Positions 1-10,970 of a stretch of DNA of 64,000 bases are shown piece after piece. The DNA comes from Microthyrium microscopicum (Eukaryota): positions 2,768,539 to 2,832,538 of the forward strand of contig MU004233.1 of the NCBI GenBank assembly GCA_010405405.1. The letters are read 5' to 3'. The position numbers were made by a program, and so were the translations under genes. Position 1 is the first letter of the stretch; each line of letters opens with the position of its first letter. Below the pieces are notes generated by a model that was not told the DNA's origin, did no database searches, and saw only the letters and a program-made list of their open reading frames with translations.

Positions 1-1052
1 CAGAAAATGACTGACCTCACTCTGCCTACGAAGCATATTCACCCCACACCCATTGACCAAATATATTCTCTCATTCCCTCTCCCCTGCGACGCTCCGATA
101 AGCCTCAGCATCGCACACATCTGAAATTCCTATCCTCTAACTGGTCAATCCTATCCGTCTACATCTTCAAGAACCACCACCATTGCCCCTCCAAAGCAAC
201 AACTCGATTGATGAGTGTAAAACCAATTTAGACCCAAATTACCGAGCTTCGGATGGCATCAGGCTAAATTTCTTGACCGCCTACACAAAGTGCTATCCAT
301 CTCGCCGGAATACTCCTCGTTCAGCTCCAGCCACGAAGTGAAATCGGAGATTCGGAGACGACGCTTTTTAACATCATGGGCATATGAGCCTCCTACCTCG
401 GAAGCGGATACATTGAACCACCCAAGCTTAGAGTTCCGTGCTTTTCCTACCGGCCTCTTTTCCAGAGCAATCTAACTGTATGTATCCCTACTTGAGTTCG
501 TGCTGAATCGGAGCTATTCGGGTGAACATTACAACTTCATCTACAAACAACCTCCTCGCAGAAGTTGAACCTTTTCAGCGCTGGGGTTGTTCAATGTTGT
601 TGAAAACCTCGCATCTGTTTCCCCACGAACCGTATGGCCGGCGGGTATGGGGTCCACTAACCGATCGTTCTTGGCCCACAGCGTGGCGTGCTTGCGTACC
701 AGATCTTGGTCCCGATCTCAAACATGTGCATTTTTTTCTCTTCAGATTTCGTGCGACCTGCGTGAGCAAGCAGAAAAACACACTGCCTCCAAACAAGACA
801 TGAAATTATTCTCCAGCCTGGACTCGTATCAACTGAGAGTAATGCCCTGATATCAAAGAGCTCCAGCCTTGTTCCCCCACGAATCTGAAACTTTCTTGCA
901 TCCAAGGTTTATCCTGGATCCGAGCTGGCATAAGTTCTGGAGCTATCAAACGCCGACTACGCAATTGAAGCTGCACGTATGCGGTATTTCTAACATCGAT
1001 ATAGTCTTATTTTTTTACTGTATGGCACGAGCGACATCTGCGCGGTCTATTA

Positions 1053-2013
1053 TCACACTCCATCATCCTCTTGAATTTGTTCCTGAGGTAAATCGATCAC
1101 AACTAGATGGTCTTGCGTATCATCCGATTTTCCCGACGGCTGAGTCGCGACTTGCCCCACACCTTTCTGCTCTACGTAGAGCTTGCTTAAATTTCTAGTC
1201 ATTAATGCGTTGAACTGAAAGTTCAAGAAAACAAAAAGACCAAAACATAGGACGATAACCGAAGACTTCGAGTTCAGTCAGTAAATTCAAAGAGCATTTA
1301 CACTCACAGTGCTTAAAAAAGTGTTCACATACAGTACTATCAACGGACCAATTTTCGTGCTTGATCAATGGTGTTGCAATGTGCAATGTGAACGCCATCA
1401 AGAATAACACCCAAGACCAGCTCATCAGCATGAGTGGATTTTGCCAGAAATATATCCTAAGAGCACTCTCTTTGAAATTGTTGTTACGAAGCTTCTTCGA
1501 AGTCGAAGTTTGTCTCGTGTCAGATCTCGCTCCACGTTTTGATGTATGTCGATCAGAAACTTCTTGAAGAACCATTCTCAGTGCTCGAGTGACTTCTTCA
1601 TCTGAGCAAGATACCTTACTCGGTAGATAGTGAAATGCTCGAGATTGCGCAGAGGAGACAAGCGCAGCTATGGAGGCCAAGAGACTGCACTGCCATAACA
1701 TATTGGCGACCCAATAAGTTTCCTGAAGACTTGTCCACGAGAATACCTGCACGGTACATGCGGCTGAAAGCCCACTCTGCATCACATTAGGAACGGTAGA
1801 CTTCTGAATAGAACTGGTGAACGTTACAGCGAGGCTGACGAACTTGAATTCAGAATCTTTGCGTTTTCGGAATTCTATTAGTTTCTCTCGAAGTGCCTTG
1901 CCGTCACGCTGGCATTGAATGATCTCCGCGATAGGATCTAAAGTAGAGAAATGGATGTGGTCATAGTAGCTCCAGATTGCAAGGCGGAGACAGCATTGGC
2001 GGAGCCAGCTCAT
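1053..2013 (-). CDS. Hypothetical fungal membrane protein (about 3 hydrophobic segments), 2 introns
   Basis: 272-aa ORF contains an in-frame 51-nt intron (1777-1827, GTAACG..CTAAT..GCAG). A second GTATGT donor near 1332 joins a hydrophobic last exon (SSVIVLCFGLFVFLNF...) ending TGA at 1053. The second acceptor is a non-standard AAG. Confidence 0.6.
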
Positions 2014-2380
2014 GGTTAAGAATTGCTGTTAATCTCGTTTTGTGAAATACGGATAGCCTTGTTGTGCTTATATACCTGAATCACTCCCTATCCGGGTGGC
2101 CATATACCTACCTACATGATGGAGATTCTGCCTAGAGTCTCCTTGCGGGCTGTGCAGAACTGGACACTCTTTAACGTCGAATCAGGTTTAGCAATCGCAG
2201 CTCATTTGCCACTATGCTCAAAGCACAGCTACTCTATAACGAAGTCTTGCAAGTTTTGGGCGCCATAAGTCTAATATTTCTGAACTTGCCTCATACTTTA
2301 TGAATCGAACTGAAAGCTCAAGATTTAAGAACACCCGTGAATCATAAGCCGTATTTGATTGTTGGTGCAATCGCCATTCC

Positions 2381-3076
2381 TCAATCCTCATCCCAAGTGC
2401 AATGTAGCTTGCCATCGATTCTAAAGAAACGAGGAGGCCCTGGACTGAGATCTTTGACCCTCCCCAAAGATCGCAGATCTTCAATCGCATTGCCAACAGG
2501 ATTACCAGTGCTTGCATGCCTCGCCGTACTCGCCGTAGTTTTCTTCCAGGCATCATAAGTTTTCGGCAGCGGAGCCTTGTAAGGCTGATCCATCGTCCTA
2601 TTCCTGAGCACCGCCGAATTGCTATCACACTCATTTTTCACATAAACCCCTTTCAAAGTCTCGTAGGCTGTTTCAATTGTCAGCTCACTCTAGCCAAGTA
2701 CACATTTGGCTCAAGGTAGGAAATCACCAGCCTCCACATACTCTCCGGTCGTTTGACTCGAAGTTCCAATTCTTTCAATCCTGGCCCCGGGAGCCAGTGG
2801 GCGATTCTCGGTGGGCGTTGCATGGGGCGTCAGATTCCATAAATGCCGCTTGCCTTCTACATGCACGTCACTTCTACGAGTGCTGACATGCCTGCCATGA
2901 GTGTCGTTTTTGGGGAACCAAGGCATGTCTTCTTCCACATTTGATACAGGAAGAGGCGCTCGCTTCGCGTTTCTCTCAGGAATACCGAGTTGTTCAAGAA
3001 GAGCGTTTTGACGTGTAGTTGCATCGGCATCTTTCTTGGTAGAATTGGACGACGAAGAGCGAAACCAACCCATCAT
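2381..3076 (-). CDS. Hypothetical protein, exon structure uncertain
   Basis: Two adjacent minus-strand ORFs (121 and 91 aa) flank a GTATGT..GCTGAC..CAG intron (about 2668-2741). The frames join cleanly only from an ATG at 2823, so the start is unresolved. Confidence 0.35.
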
Positions 3077-4179
3077 GTAAGAAATTGGAGCAATGGAACT
3101 CGTGTGAGGCTGTGATGAGTGATCTGTTACTGTAGGAAGTAGGGTGTATGATCTTGAACGATGTTGAGGGCGTCGAATTTATAGACTTGGATACGAAGTC
3201 ACAAAGTGAGGCTACCAATAAGAAGGATTTGAGGAATCAATTTTTTGGGCAGCTGACCGAGCTTCGCGCCTTATTCCATAACATCGTCGCAGTGAGTCGC
3301 TGCTTTCGGCGTAGATTAGCAGCAGGCCGAGAAGTTTGCTGGTTCCACACAGAAGTCAGATTCAGTAGCTCATGCTATCGTAATATCACTAACAATATCA
3401 AGAATCACTAAAGAGATCCAAGAACAATCTAGCAGTAATCCTAGGAAGAGACAGGTTGTCTGAGAAATTGGTGGGAAGACTTTCCTTTCCATCAGGCTGA
3501 AAGTGCAGGGGTAGCGCTTTCGCGTAGAGTGAACGGCTGGACAGAAGGGAAGCTCACGCGGCTGCCAGGTTATAGGATGACGCGCGTGCAGGATCCTTAA
3601 CGTAGACCGTAAATATAGATTATGACTTTCAAGCCAAAGATGATCTTGAAGTAAAGGCTAAGGAACGAAAGAGGTCGCTGGATCTAAGGCGTAGGCAGCA
3701 CAACAAGGGCAGGACGAATTGACAGAGACCTCACTGCAGATGGAACGGTGAATTATTTCAGTAACTTCATTCCCAATCTATCGAACTATGGAGTATTCGC
3801 AATGATTCATTCATGAATCGTTCAACATTCAGGGCCATAACCAGGGCAAGCAAAGGCAAATATACCATGACCTCAACATCAAGAGACTGACGCAGTGGTT
3901 TATAGCAAACCAGGACAGTAAGTGATGAAGATAACCACGGAAAAGCCACCAAGCCACAACACGCAACAACAATAATTTTTGCAAGAGAAGATCGAGTAGA
4001 CTCGATAGCAAGCTTGCCTCGAATGCTGAAGAACCGCCCATTCATGAAAATAATCCAAGAAGAAGCTGATCGAAAGCAAACCAAATCCACCGAAACACAC
4101 AGCAGAGACAAACTCATTCAACGAGAAAAGAATGAGCAGAATCAATCAAGACCTTCGAAGACGATGGCCAAGAAGTCGC

Positions 4180-5876
4180 TTAAGCCATGTTCATAGAAAG
4201 ACGCTCATCGAGAAGCAACTCTCCCTTCTGAGGCTCCGAAGCACCACAATCGCCACGGATGCAGACAAAGTCCTTGCCATCCTCCTTCTCACGAATGACA
4301 GAAGAGCAATGAGGGCAGCGCAAGTATAGACGAAAGTTCTTGCCAAGCATGACACCAACCGCCTGAATGAAGTCCGACAAGTACGCAGTACCAATGGCAC
4401 GCGCAGCCTTGTGGAAGGCAGCTTGGAGAGGAGTACCCTTGTCAAGCGAGCGTTTGACCTTGCCAGCCTGAGACTCGATGATAGCCTCGATGACATGGAA
4501 TGATGGCGTTGGCGCAGCTTTGCCCTTGCCGGTGGGTTTGGGCACTTCCTGGATTTTGTTGTAGAGAGCATCGCTGAAGATGCCATTGCAGAGAGCCTTC
4601 TTGAATTTGTCGGCGGCTTGGGCTTCGAGACGAGGGGTGCCAAAGTAGGCGGCGGCTTGCATGAGCTTGAAGTGGTATTCGACTTCAACGGCTTCAGGAC
4701 GCTCGTTTGGCAATTTCCACTCGGATTTGTAGGACGGGGGGAAACTATAGCTTCCGCGGTAAGCGTACTTGATGATAGCCTGGACAAAGGTTGTGCTCAA
4801 TGCGATGGGGACTTCGGCTTTCTTTGGAGTCTTGGCCATGATTTTGGTGAGCAGAGCTGATTGTGGACAGATGACCACTTTGTGGCATAGCATGGTCTTG
4901 TTTTCGGCGGACTTCAGCGTGAGATCGAGATACAGCTTCTTCTGCATCGCCCTGAATATGTTAGTGGAATTCTGATGCACGATAAAATCTTAGCTTACTC
5001 AACAATGCCGTCGAAGAATGGTGGCTTCTCAATTCCAGTCAGGTCTGGCATCTCGAGGTCGTGGGCATCCTTTGCGGTGGCCTTGCAGTCTGCAGTGACT
5101 TTTTTGGCTTTGTCCTCCTTCTTGACAACAGTCTCCTTCTTGACAACATCTTCCTTCTTCACAGTCTTCTTGTCAGCAGGCTTTTTGGCATCGTTCTTGA
5201 CGACAGTGGCCTTGCGATCAGTCTTCTTGCCAGCGGCCTTCTTGTCGACAGTAACCTTAGCAGCGCCTTTCTTGGCAGGCTTCTGCTCCGGGACTTGTTC
5301 GTCAACATCCATGGCATCAGACTGGGCTTCTTCGTCTCCGGCCTCATGGTCAGACTCGACAGCCTCCTCAGCCTCCTCAGCAGCGCCAGTCTCCTCATCA
5401 GAAAGATCGGACTCATCCAGAGCGGTTTCTTCTTCGATACCAACGGCTTCACCGTCCACAGCGTCATCTTCCTCAACACCGGTGTCTTCTTCAGCGCCAG
5501 CACCCGCATCCTCATTAGCCTCGCCTGTTTCGACAGTTTCGACAGCATCGTCGGCACCGCCTTCGGTTAGACCAGCCTCAGCTTCGACCTGATCGATGTC
5601 CATGTGCTCGACAGAGTCCTGGAAAGTAGTTTCGTCGCCTTCAGCTTCAGCCTCGGAGCCAGCGTTGGCTTGGACTTCAGTGGTCGAAACCTCGCGAGTG
5701 ACGGAGCGGCTTTGACGCTCGCGGTCATCCTCGGCAATTGGAGTGTCCGCCTTCTGGGCGGCTTTGAATTCCTTGGAACCCTTGGTCGCTTTGGATTTGG
5801 TGACCTTGGAGCCCTTGGAAGCAACGGAAGAGGCACGAGAGCTGGCCTTGGTGGTAGCTTTGGATCGAGCAGCCAT
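4180..5876 (-). CDS. BTB/POZ-domain protein with Lys/Ala-rich and acidic disordered N-terminal half and C-terminal Cys4 motif (about 549 aa)
   Basis: Exons 5876-4999 and 4951-4180 join in frame across a 47-nt GTAAGC..CTAAC..CAG intron. BTB-like signature LDLTL..CHKVVICPQS..VQAIIKYAYRGSY. C-terminal CPHC..C....C. Strong C-ending codon bias. Confidence 0.75.
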
Positions 5877-6633
5877 TGCGAAACCTTGATAGTAGTGAAG
5901 AGGCTGTTAGGTAGAGAGTTGTTGAGTGATGTTGTCTGGAGATTTGAGGGAAGTTGGTAGTTGTTTCAAGAGATTGAGAACTCGCCAAGAAGTGCTCGAA
6001 GGCCAAGATGGGTAAAGAAGATGGTTGGTTAGAGACCAATTGGAAGAAGAGGTGAAGTGGTTGGATGAGAACCGCTTTGAGGGAAGTATGAAAGTTGAAA
6101 GAGGTCGGGTATCGAAGAGATCGCAAGACCTGGTGAGTAGCTCAAAGAGATGTTCTCGAACAAGTGGTTAAGAAGGACTTGCTTTGAATGCAGTGGTCAG
6201 TAATGAGATCAATGGGATTGGTTGATGTATGTATCGAAGCAGATGATCGTTGAAGTGTAAGAGAGTAATGCCAACTGTCGTGTTTGGATGTGGAGTTGAA
6301 GAGGGTAGATGTTTTGGAGACGAAGACAAAAGCTTAAGTAGTTGTCAAAAATTCCAGAATTCCAATAAGGGACTAGAGCTGGAAGTGTGAATGAAAGCCT
6401 TCGTCAGAAGTTGAGGGTAGAGTGTTGCTCGAATTAGCAACGAGCCATGACTTTGAGCCATATGGTCATGCCGAAATTGGCTGAAAGCTGGTGGGCCAAA
6501 GAACAGTGAGCTTTCATGACCGGCTGCAAGGATTCGCCATCACTGAGGTATTCTGACAAAGAAGACATTGAGTCCTGATTGGAAAATGGAAATGCTCTCC
6601 GTCATAATTGTATTGATGTTCCAGGCTCCAGAT

Positions 6634-7075
6634 TCACGATTCCTTTACGACATCGACAAGCTGTTGTCTCAGGTCTACCAGCTGTTCCTGTTTAGTTTTC
6701 TCTTCATCGATACTTTCTAACTTCAACCAGCCCCAGTAGAGAAGCTGATATGTAAATATTGAACCCAATGCGACCTTTAAGACCGGAAATCCAAAGGAGC
6801 CATAGAAATCTCGCTGGCCACATTTTAGTTTCTCATCTCAACCTTTCCTAGTCAAAATTTCTTACGTGTGGATTTGGCTCAGTCGATTTGGGTTTCCCTG
6901 AGTTTGGCGGCTGCCAGTTCTCAGATGATTGCGACGACTGAACGTCTGCTGGTGAGCTTTCAGATTTGGGAGTGTTGCGATATAATGGCCCCGAGTGCCA
7001 TCGCTGTTGAGGGTTCGCGGACAGAAGTGACTGAAGACGAGGCGCGGTCCTCCTCAGATGCTGAATTGGGCTCAT
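6634..7075 (-). CDS. Small mitochondrial inner-membrane protein, INA17-like family (129 aa)
   Basis: Arg/Ser-rich presequence-like N-terminus. Intron 6814-6865. Exon 2 reads RDFYGSFGFPVLKVALGSIFTYQLLYWGWLKLE.. followed by a coiled coil. Family recognised from memory. Confidence 0.65.
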
Positions 7076-8230
7076 CTTGTCTGAAATATCTTCAGATTAT
7101 TACAATGCTGAGGAATGTGAAAGGTCTCGAGCTCGTGAAGTCGAGCTTGTGCACGTGAGCTCAATTGAAAAAAAGTAAGAAGTCCAAGCGTCTGTCGTTT
7201 CGCGACGCGAATCGGCATGCCGAGCATCCATTTCTCTCGGCCCGAGTGTCAGCATTCAAATAAACAGTTGAGATTTTGAACCTCGAATGATTTCTTTGCA
7301 TCCATTACAATCAGATCACATACATCGTTATTCTCATCCAGTCTTTTTGCAAGGCAATGCTTGCGAGAAGACAGTCATGTGATTGATCGTTGCATGTCTT
7401 GCAGCAGAGGCACACTCATGCCATTTGGAACTTATGCAGTGCTTCCATCTTACTTGACGCACAACTTGCAGGCAGCGGATGAGTACCGAGACTCGGATTT
7501 CTCTTTTCCTTTCTCCTCATTGTTGCCGATTGATGGTTTATTGATATTCTCATAATTATAGTGTGAACCCGAAAGCTTGAAGCTGTATCATTACCTCTTA
7601 GCATTGTTCCATGATTTTCGGACAATCCGCACGACTTATTTGGTTTAGTTCTGAAAACCAATCTACAAGATATGGCAAAGATCAAAATGCGATTGTATGC
7701 TTCCTGACGATCTTGAATCCAGAGTTAGCTTTGGCAATTGATGTAGCTACTTGCAGCCGCCAGTACCGACTTGTGGACTGCGAAAGATTATGTGGCGGAT
7801 CATAGAATACGTCAGACCGCATTGTGATGAGATCTTTGCTCTCGGATGCCAGACAAGATGCATTTTAGGACTTGCATCTAGCATTAGTGTCTTGCTTCCC
7901 GAGGCTTGTGGTTACATGAAAACAGACTACCAGCAGATCTGTTTTCTAGATCTCGACTTCGTATTGGACATGGTGCTTCAGGGAATCGAGATCGTCGTGA
8001 GGCTCCATAAAACTCAATTACCACTAACATGTAGTGCTAGACTTTGTTGTCATACCAAGTTCTCCACGAATGACCTTTGGCCATTTCCTAGATGAGTCTA
8101 AACCCGAACACAAAGACGATCTGGTCAAATTTCACACATTGAACTATGACATAAAAAACCCCAGCCGAGTATAAGATCAGTACTGAACCGCTTTGGTAAG
8201 TATGACTATTTTCAGAAGATATTCATCAAT

Positions 8231-10102
8231 ATGTTGTTGCATCGCGCTCTTCTTGCTGCTGCATATACCCCTTTCACCCAGGCCCTGCTTGGCCAATTCT
8301 CATCCCCTGGACGTCTAGTAGGAAGCTCCTTTGGCATTCCAACTCTAAATGCCACCTACGATTACATCGTCATAGGAGGCGGTCTTGCCGGCAACGTTGT
8401 AGCAGGAAGATTGACCGAAAAGTCAAATGCCTCAGTTGCAATTGTAGAAGCAGGAAATTTCTACGAGCTCAACAACGGAAATTGGAGCCAGATACCCTAT
8501 TACTCAGAGCAATGGGCAGGCTCCGAACAAGATGACTACAATCCACTCGTGGACTGGGGTTTGGAAACTGTCCCTCAAGTCAGTGGAGATATCATCCATT
8601 ATGCTCAGGGAAAGAATTTGGGTGGATCGTCGGGACGGAACCAGATGCTTTACCATCGCGCGACCAAGGGCTACTACCAGGCTTGGGCCGACCACGTAGG
8701 AGATAATAGCTATACTTGGGAGAACATGACAACGTATCTTGAGCGGAGCATGACTTTCACGCCGCCACGGCCAACAGCGCAAAACGTCAATGCTACGACG
8801 TCGTATGATGCCTCAGCTTTCTTGCCCACCAGCAATTCAAGTAATCCATTGCAAGTCAGCTATCCATCTTTCGTCCAAGAACTATCAGCATATGGGCCAG
8901 ATGCATTCCGGAGTATTGGGCTAGAAGAACAAGCAGGCTTTAGCAGCGGAGTGCTTCATGGCTTTGGCACATGGACATCCACCATTGACCCCACCACTGG
9001 GACGCGCTCTTCATCCGAGGCATCATTCTTGCAAGAAGCGTTCGGACGAGAACAGCTGACAGTCTATGTCAATACCAAGGCCCAAAATATCATCTTTGAC
9101 GCCAACAAGACTGCAATCGCTGTCAACGTTACGAGCAGCAGTAGCGCAAGCGATGCCCTATATTACACTCTTTCAGCGCGGAAGGGCATTTTACTAGCCG
9201 CTGGAGCATATCACTCGCCTCAAATCCTCATGCTTAGTGGCATTGGTCCAAAAGCTACGCTAAACCAATTTTCAATACCGATTGTCTCTGCACTGGAAGG
9301 TGTAGGCCAGAACATGTGGGACACGACAAATATCGGCGGAATCGTCTACAACATTAGCACGTCTATTACAACCTTTTCCGATTACGAAACTAATGCGACA
9401 CTGTTTGCTGAAGCAGAGCAGCAATTCCTGTCTGCCGGCACTGGTCCATTGACCAACATTGGGGAAGATTTTGTTGGATGGTACAAAATTGGTGATAATG
9501 TGACTTCTGAATTCTCAAACGCTACTCAAGCATGGCTTGCATCACTGCCGTCCGACTGGCCAGAGCTAGAACTCAGTCTGGCCAGCTCTTCGCGGTCATT
9601 GGAAGTTACGAATGACGAGACAAAAGTGGGCAGCCTCAACTGCTTGATGGTTGGAACCGCTGGACGAGGAAACATGACCATACAAAGCGCCTCTATATTC
9701 GACAAGCCAGTAATTGATCCAAATTGGCTACGTGACCCCAGGGATCAAGAAGTTGCAGTTGCAGCATTCAAACTGGCCCGAAAAGCATGGCAAGGCGTCC
9801 CTCCTGGGGTCATTGTTGGTGATGAAGTTTTTCCTGGGAAGAATGTCACGAGCGATGCGGATCTACTTGAAGCCATCAAGGGGAACATTGCCGCAATCCA
9901 CCATGCAAGTGCAAGCTGTGCTATGGGAAAGGTTGGTGATCCGACAGCAGTAGTTGACAGTAAAGGAAGGGTCATTGGTGTGCAAGGGTTGATGGTTGTG
10001 GATTCGAGTTCGTTGCCTTTCACGAATCCGGGGCATACGCAAGGAACTACCTATGGACATGCGGAGAAGATGGCTCAAATTGTGCTCGATTCCATGTTTT
10101 AG
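8231..10102 (+). CDS. Secreted GMC oxidoreductase (CAZy AA3), 623 aa
   Basis: Signal peptide, FAD-binding YDYIVIGGGLAG, GKNLGGSS, SPQILMLSGIGP, GVGQNMWD, and C-terminal HHASASCAMG..VVDSKGRVIGV..VVDSS..GH. Intronless. Confidence 0.95.
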   Translation: MLLHRALLAAAYTPFTQALLGQFSSPGRLVGSSFGIPTLNATYDYIVIGGGLAGNVVAGRLTEKSNASVAIVEAGNFYELNNGNWSQIPYYSEQWAGSEQDDYNPLVDWGLETVPQVSGDIIHYAQGKNLGGSSGRNQMLYHRATKGYYQAWADHVGDNSYTWENMTTYLERSMTFTPPRPTAQNVNATTSYDASAFLPTSNSSNPLQVSYPSFVQELSAYGPDAFRSIGLEEQAGFSSGVLHGFGTWTSTIDPTTGTRSSSEASFLQEAFGREQLTVYVNTKAQNIIFDANKTAIAVNVTSSSSASDALYYTLSARKGILLAAGAYHSPQILMLSGIGPKATLNQFSIPIVSALEGVGQNMWDTTNIGGIVYNISTSITTFSDYETNATLFAEAEQQFLSAGTGPLTNIGEDFVGWYKIGDNVTSEFSNATQAWLASLPSDWPELELSLASSSRSLEVTNDETKVGSLNCLMVGTAGRGNMTIQSASIFDKPVIDPNWLRDPRDQEVAVAAFKLARKAWQGVPPGVIVGDEVFPGKNVTSDADLLEAIKGNIAAIHHASASCAMGKVGDPTAVVDSKGRVIGVQGLMVVDSSSLPFTNPGHTQGTTYGHAEKMAQIVLDSMF

Positions 10103-10526
10103 TTAGACATCATGGATACCAAGAATGATAAAAACTTTGATCGCATGACATATCCCGAGAGTGAATAACACAGGATAGGAGAGCATTGCTAGGAAGTTGC
10201 TTTGGTGTAGCGGCAGGTGACGAAGGAATCCGAGGCTTGTACTCATGAGTCCAAGGCCTATCCCGAAAAGTCGCAAAATCAAGATGCAAGCGTTACTTTC
10301 TACTAAGTACCTACATGGTGATAGTGTTGCGTCGAACTGCATGTGGTTTGATTTGGTTGCGACCCATGTAATAAGGGGAAATGGGGCTGTGTAGAAGAAA
10401 TTTACCTCCCTTGAAATTTCAGCGCCCCATCGTCTTTATCATCCTCGACGTATGGGCATCTGCAATATCGTCAACTTACCCGTCAAGGTAGTGAATTTGC
10501 GACTTTCTACTCAAGTCTTGGACCAG

Positions 10527-10815
10527 ATGGCAGAGCAACAAAATGGTCAATCGGCGCAGTCAGCCCAGGCCGATCTACTCAAGGTCACCATCCTCCCCAT
10601 ATCATGAATCAAAGCAGGCTTCTGACAGTGTACAGGCATTCCAAGAAGTTGCCCAAGGAGAGCAAACTGCTGCCGCCTTGGAGGCCCAGCTCAATTCTCT
10701 AGAGAGGAAGATTGAAGAGCTTCTAGCCAAAGCCGAAGAAGCCCAGAAGCAACCAACCAGCGATGCCAAATCAGAAGAGCCAAAAGAGGATGAAGAAGCC
10801 TCCAAAAGCTTCTGA
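10527..10815 (+). CDS. Small conserved-type fungal coiled-coil protein (78 aa)
   Basis: ATG 10527; intron 10584-10635 (GTCACC..CTGAC..CAG). Exon 2 reads AFQEVAQGEQTAAALEAQLNSLERKIEELLAKAEE. Confidence 0.65.
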
Positions 10816-10970
10816 TCAGTATGAATGAGATCAACACACACCACATCAGCGACGAAAAACGATCAGATTAGACTCGATTTATTTGATTCAAGTACCGCTA
10901 CCTCCTGGCCTTCCGTTGCTTTGGAAATATTGCTATATACTACTTATACATACTCAACCAATCGCAATAT

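Noticed and set aside
4975..5592. 205-aa plus-strand ORF and similar antisense ORFs (19950-20591, 18068-18616, 23332-23901)
   Set aside because: Shadow ORFs opposite strongly codon-biased real genes.
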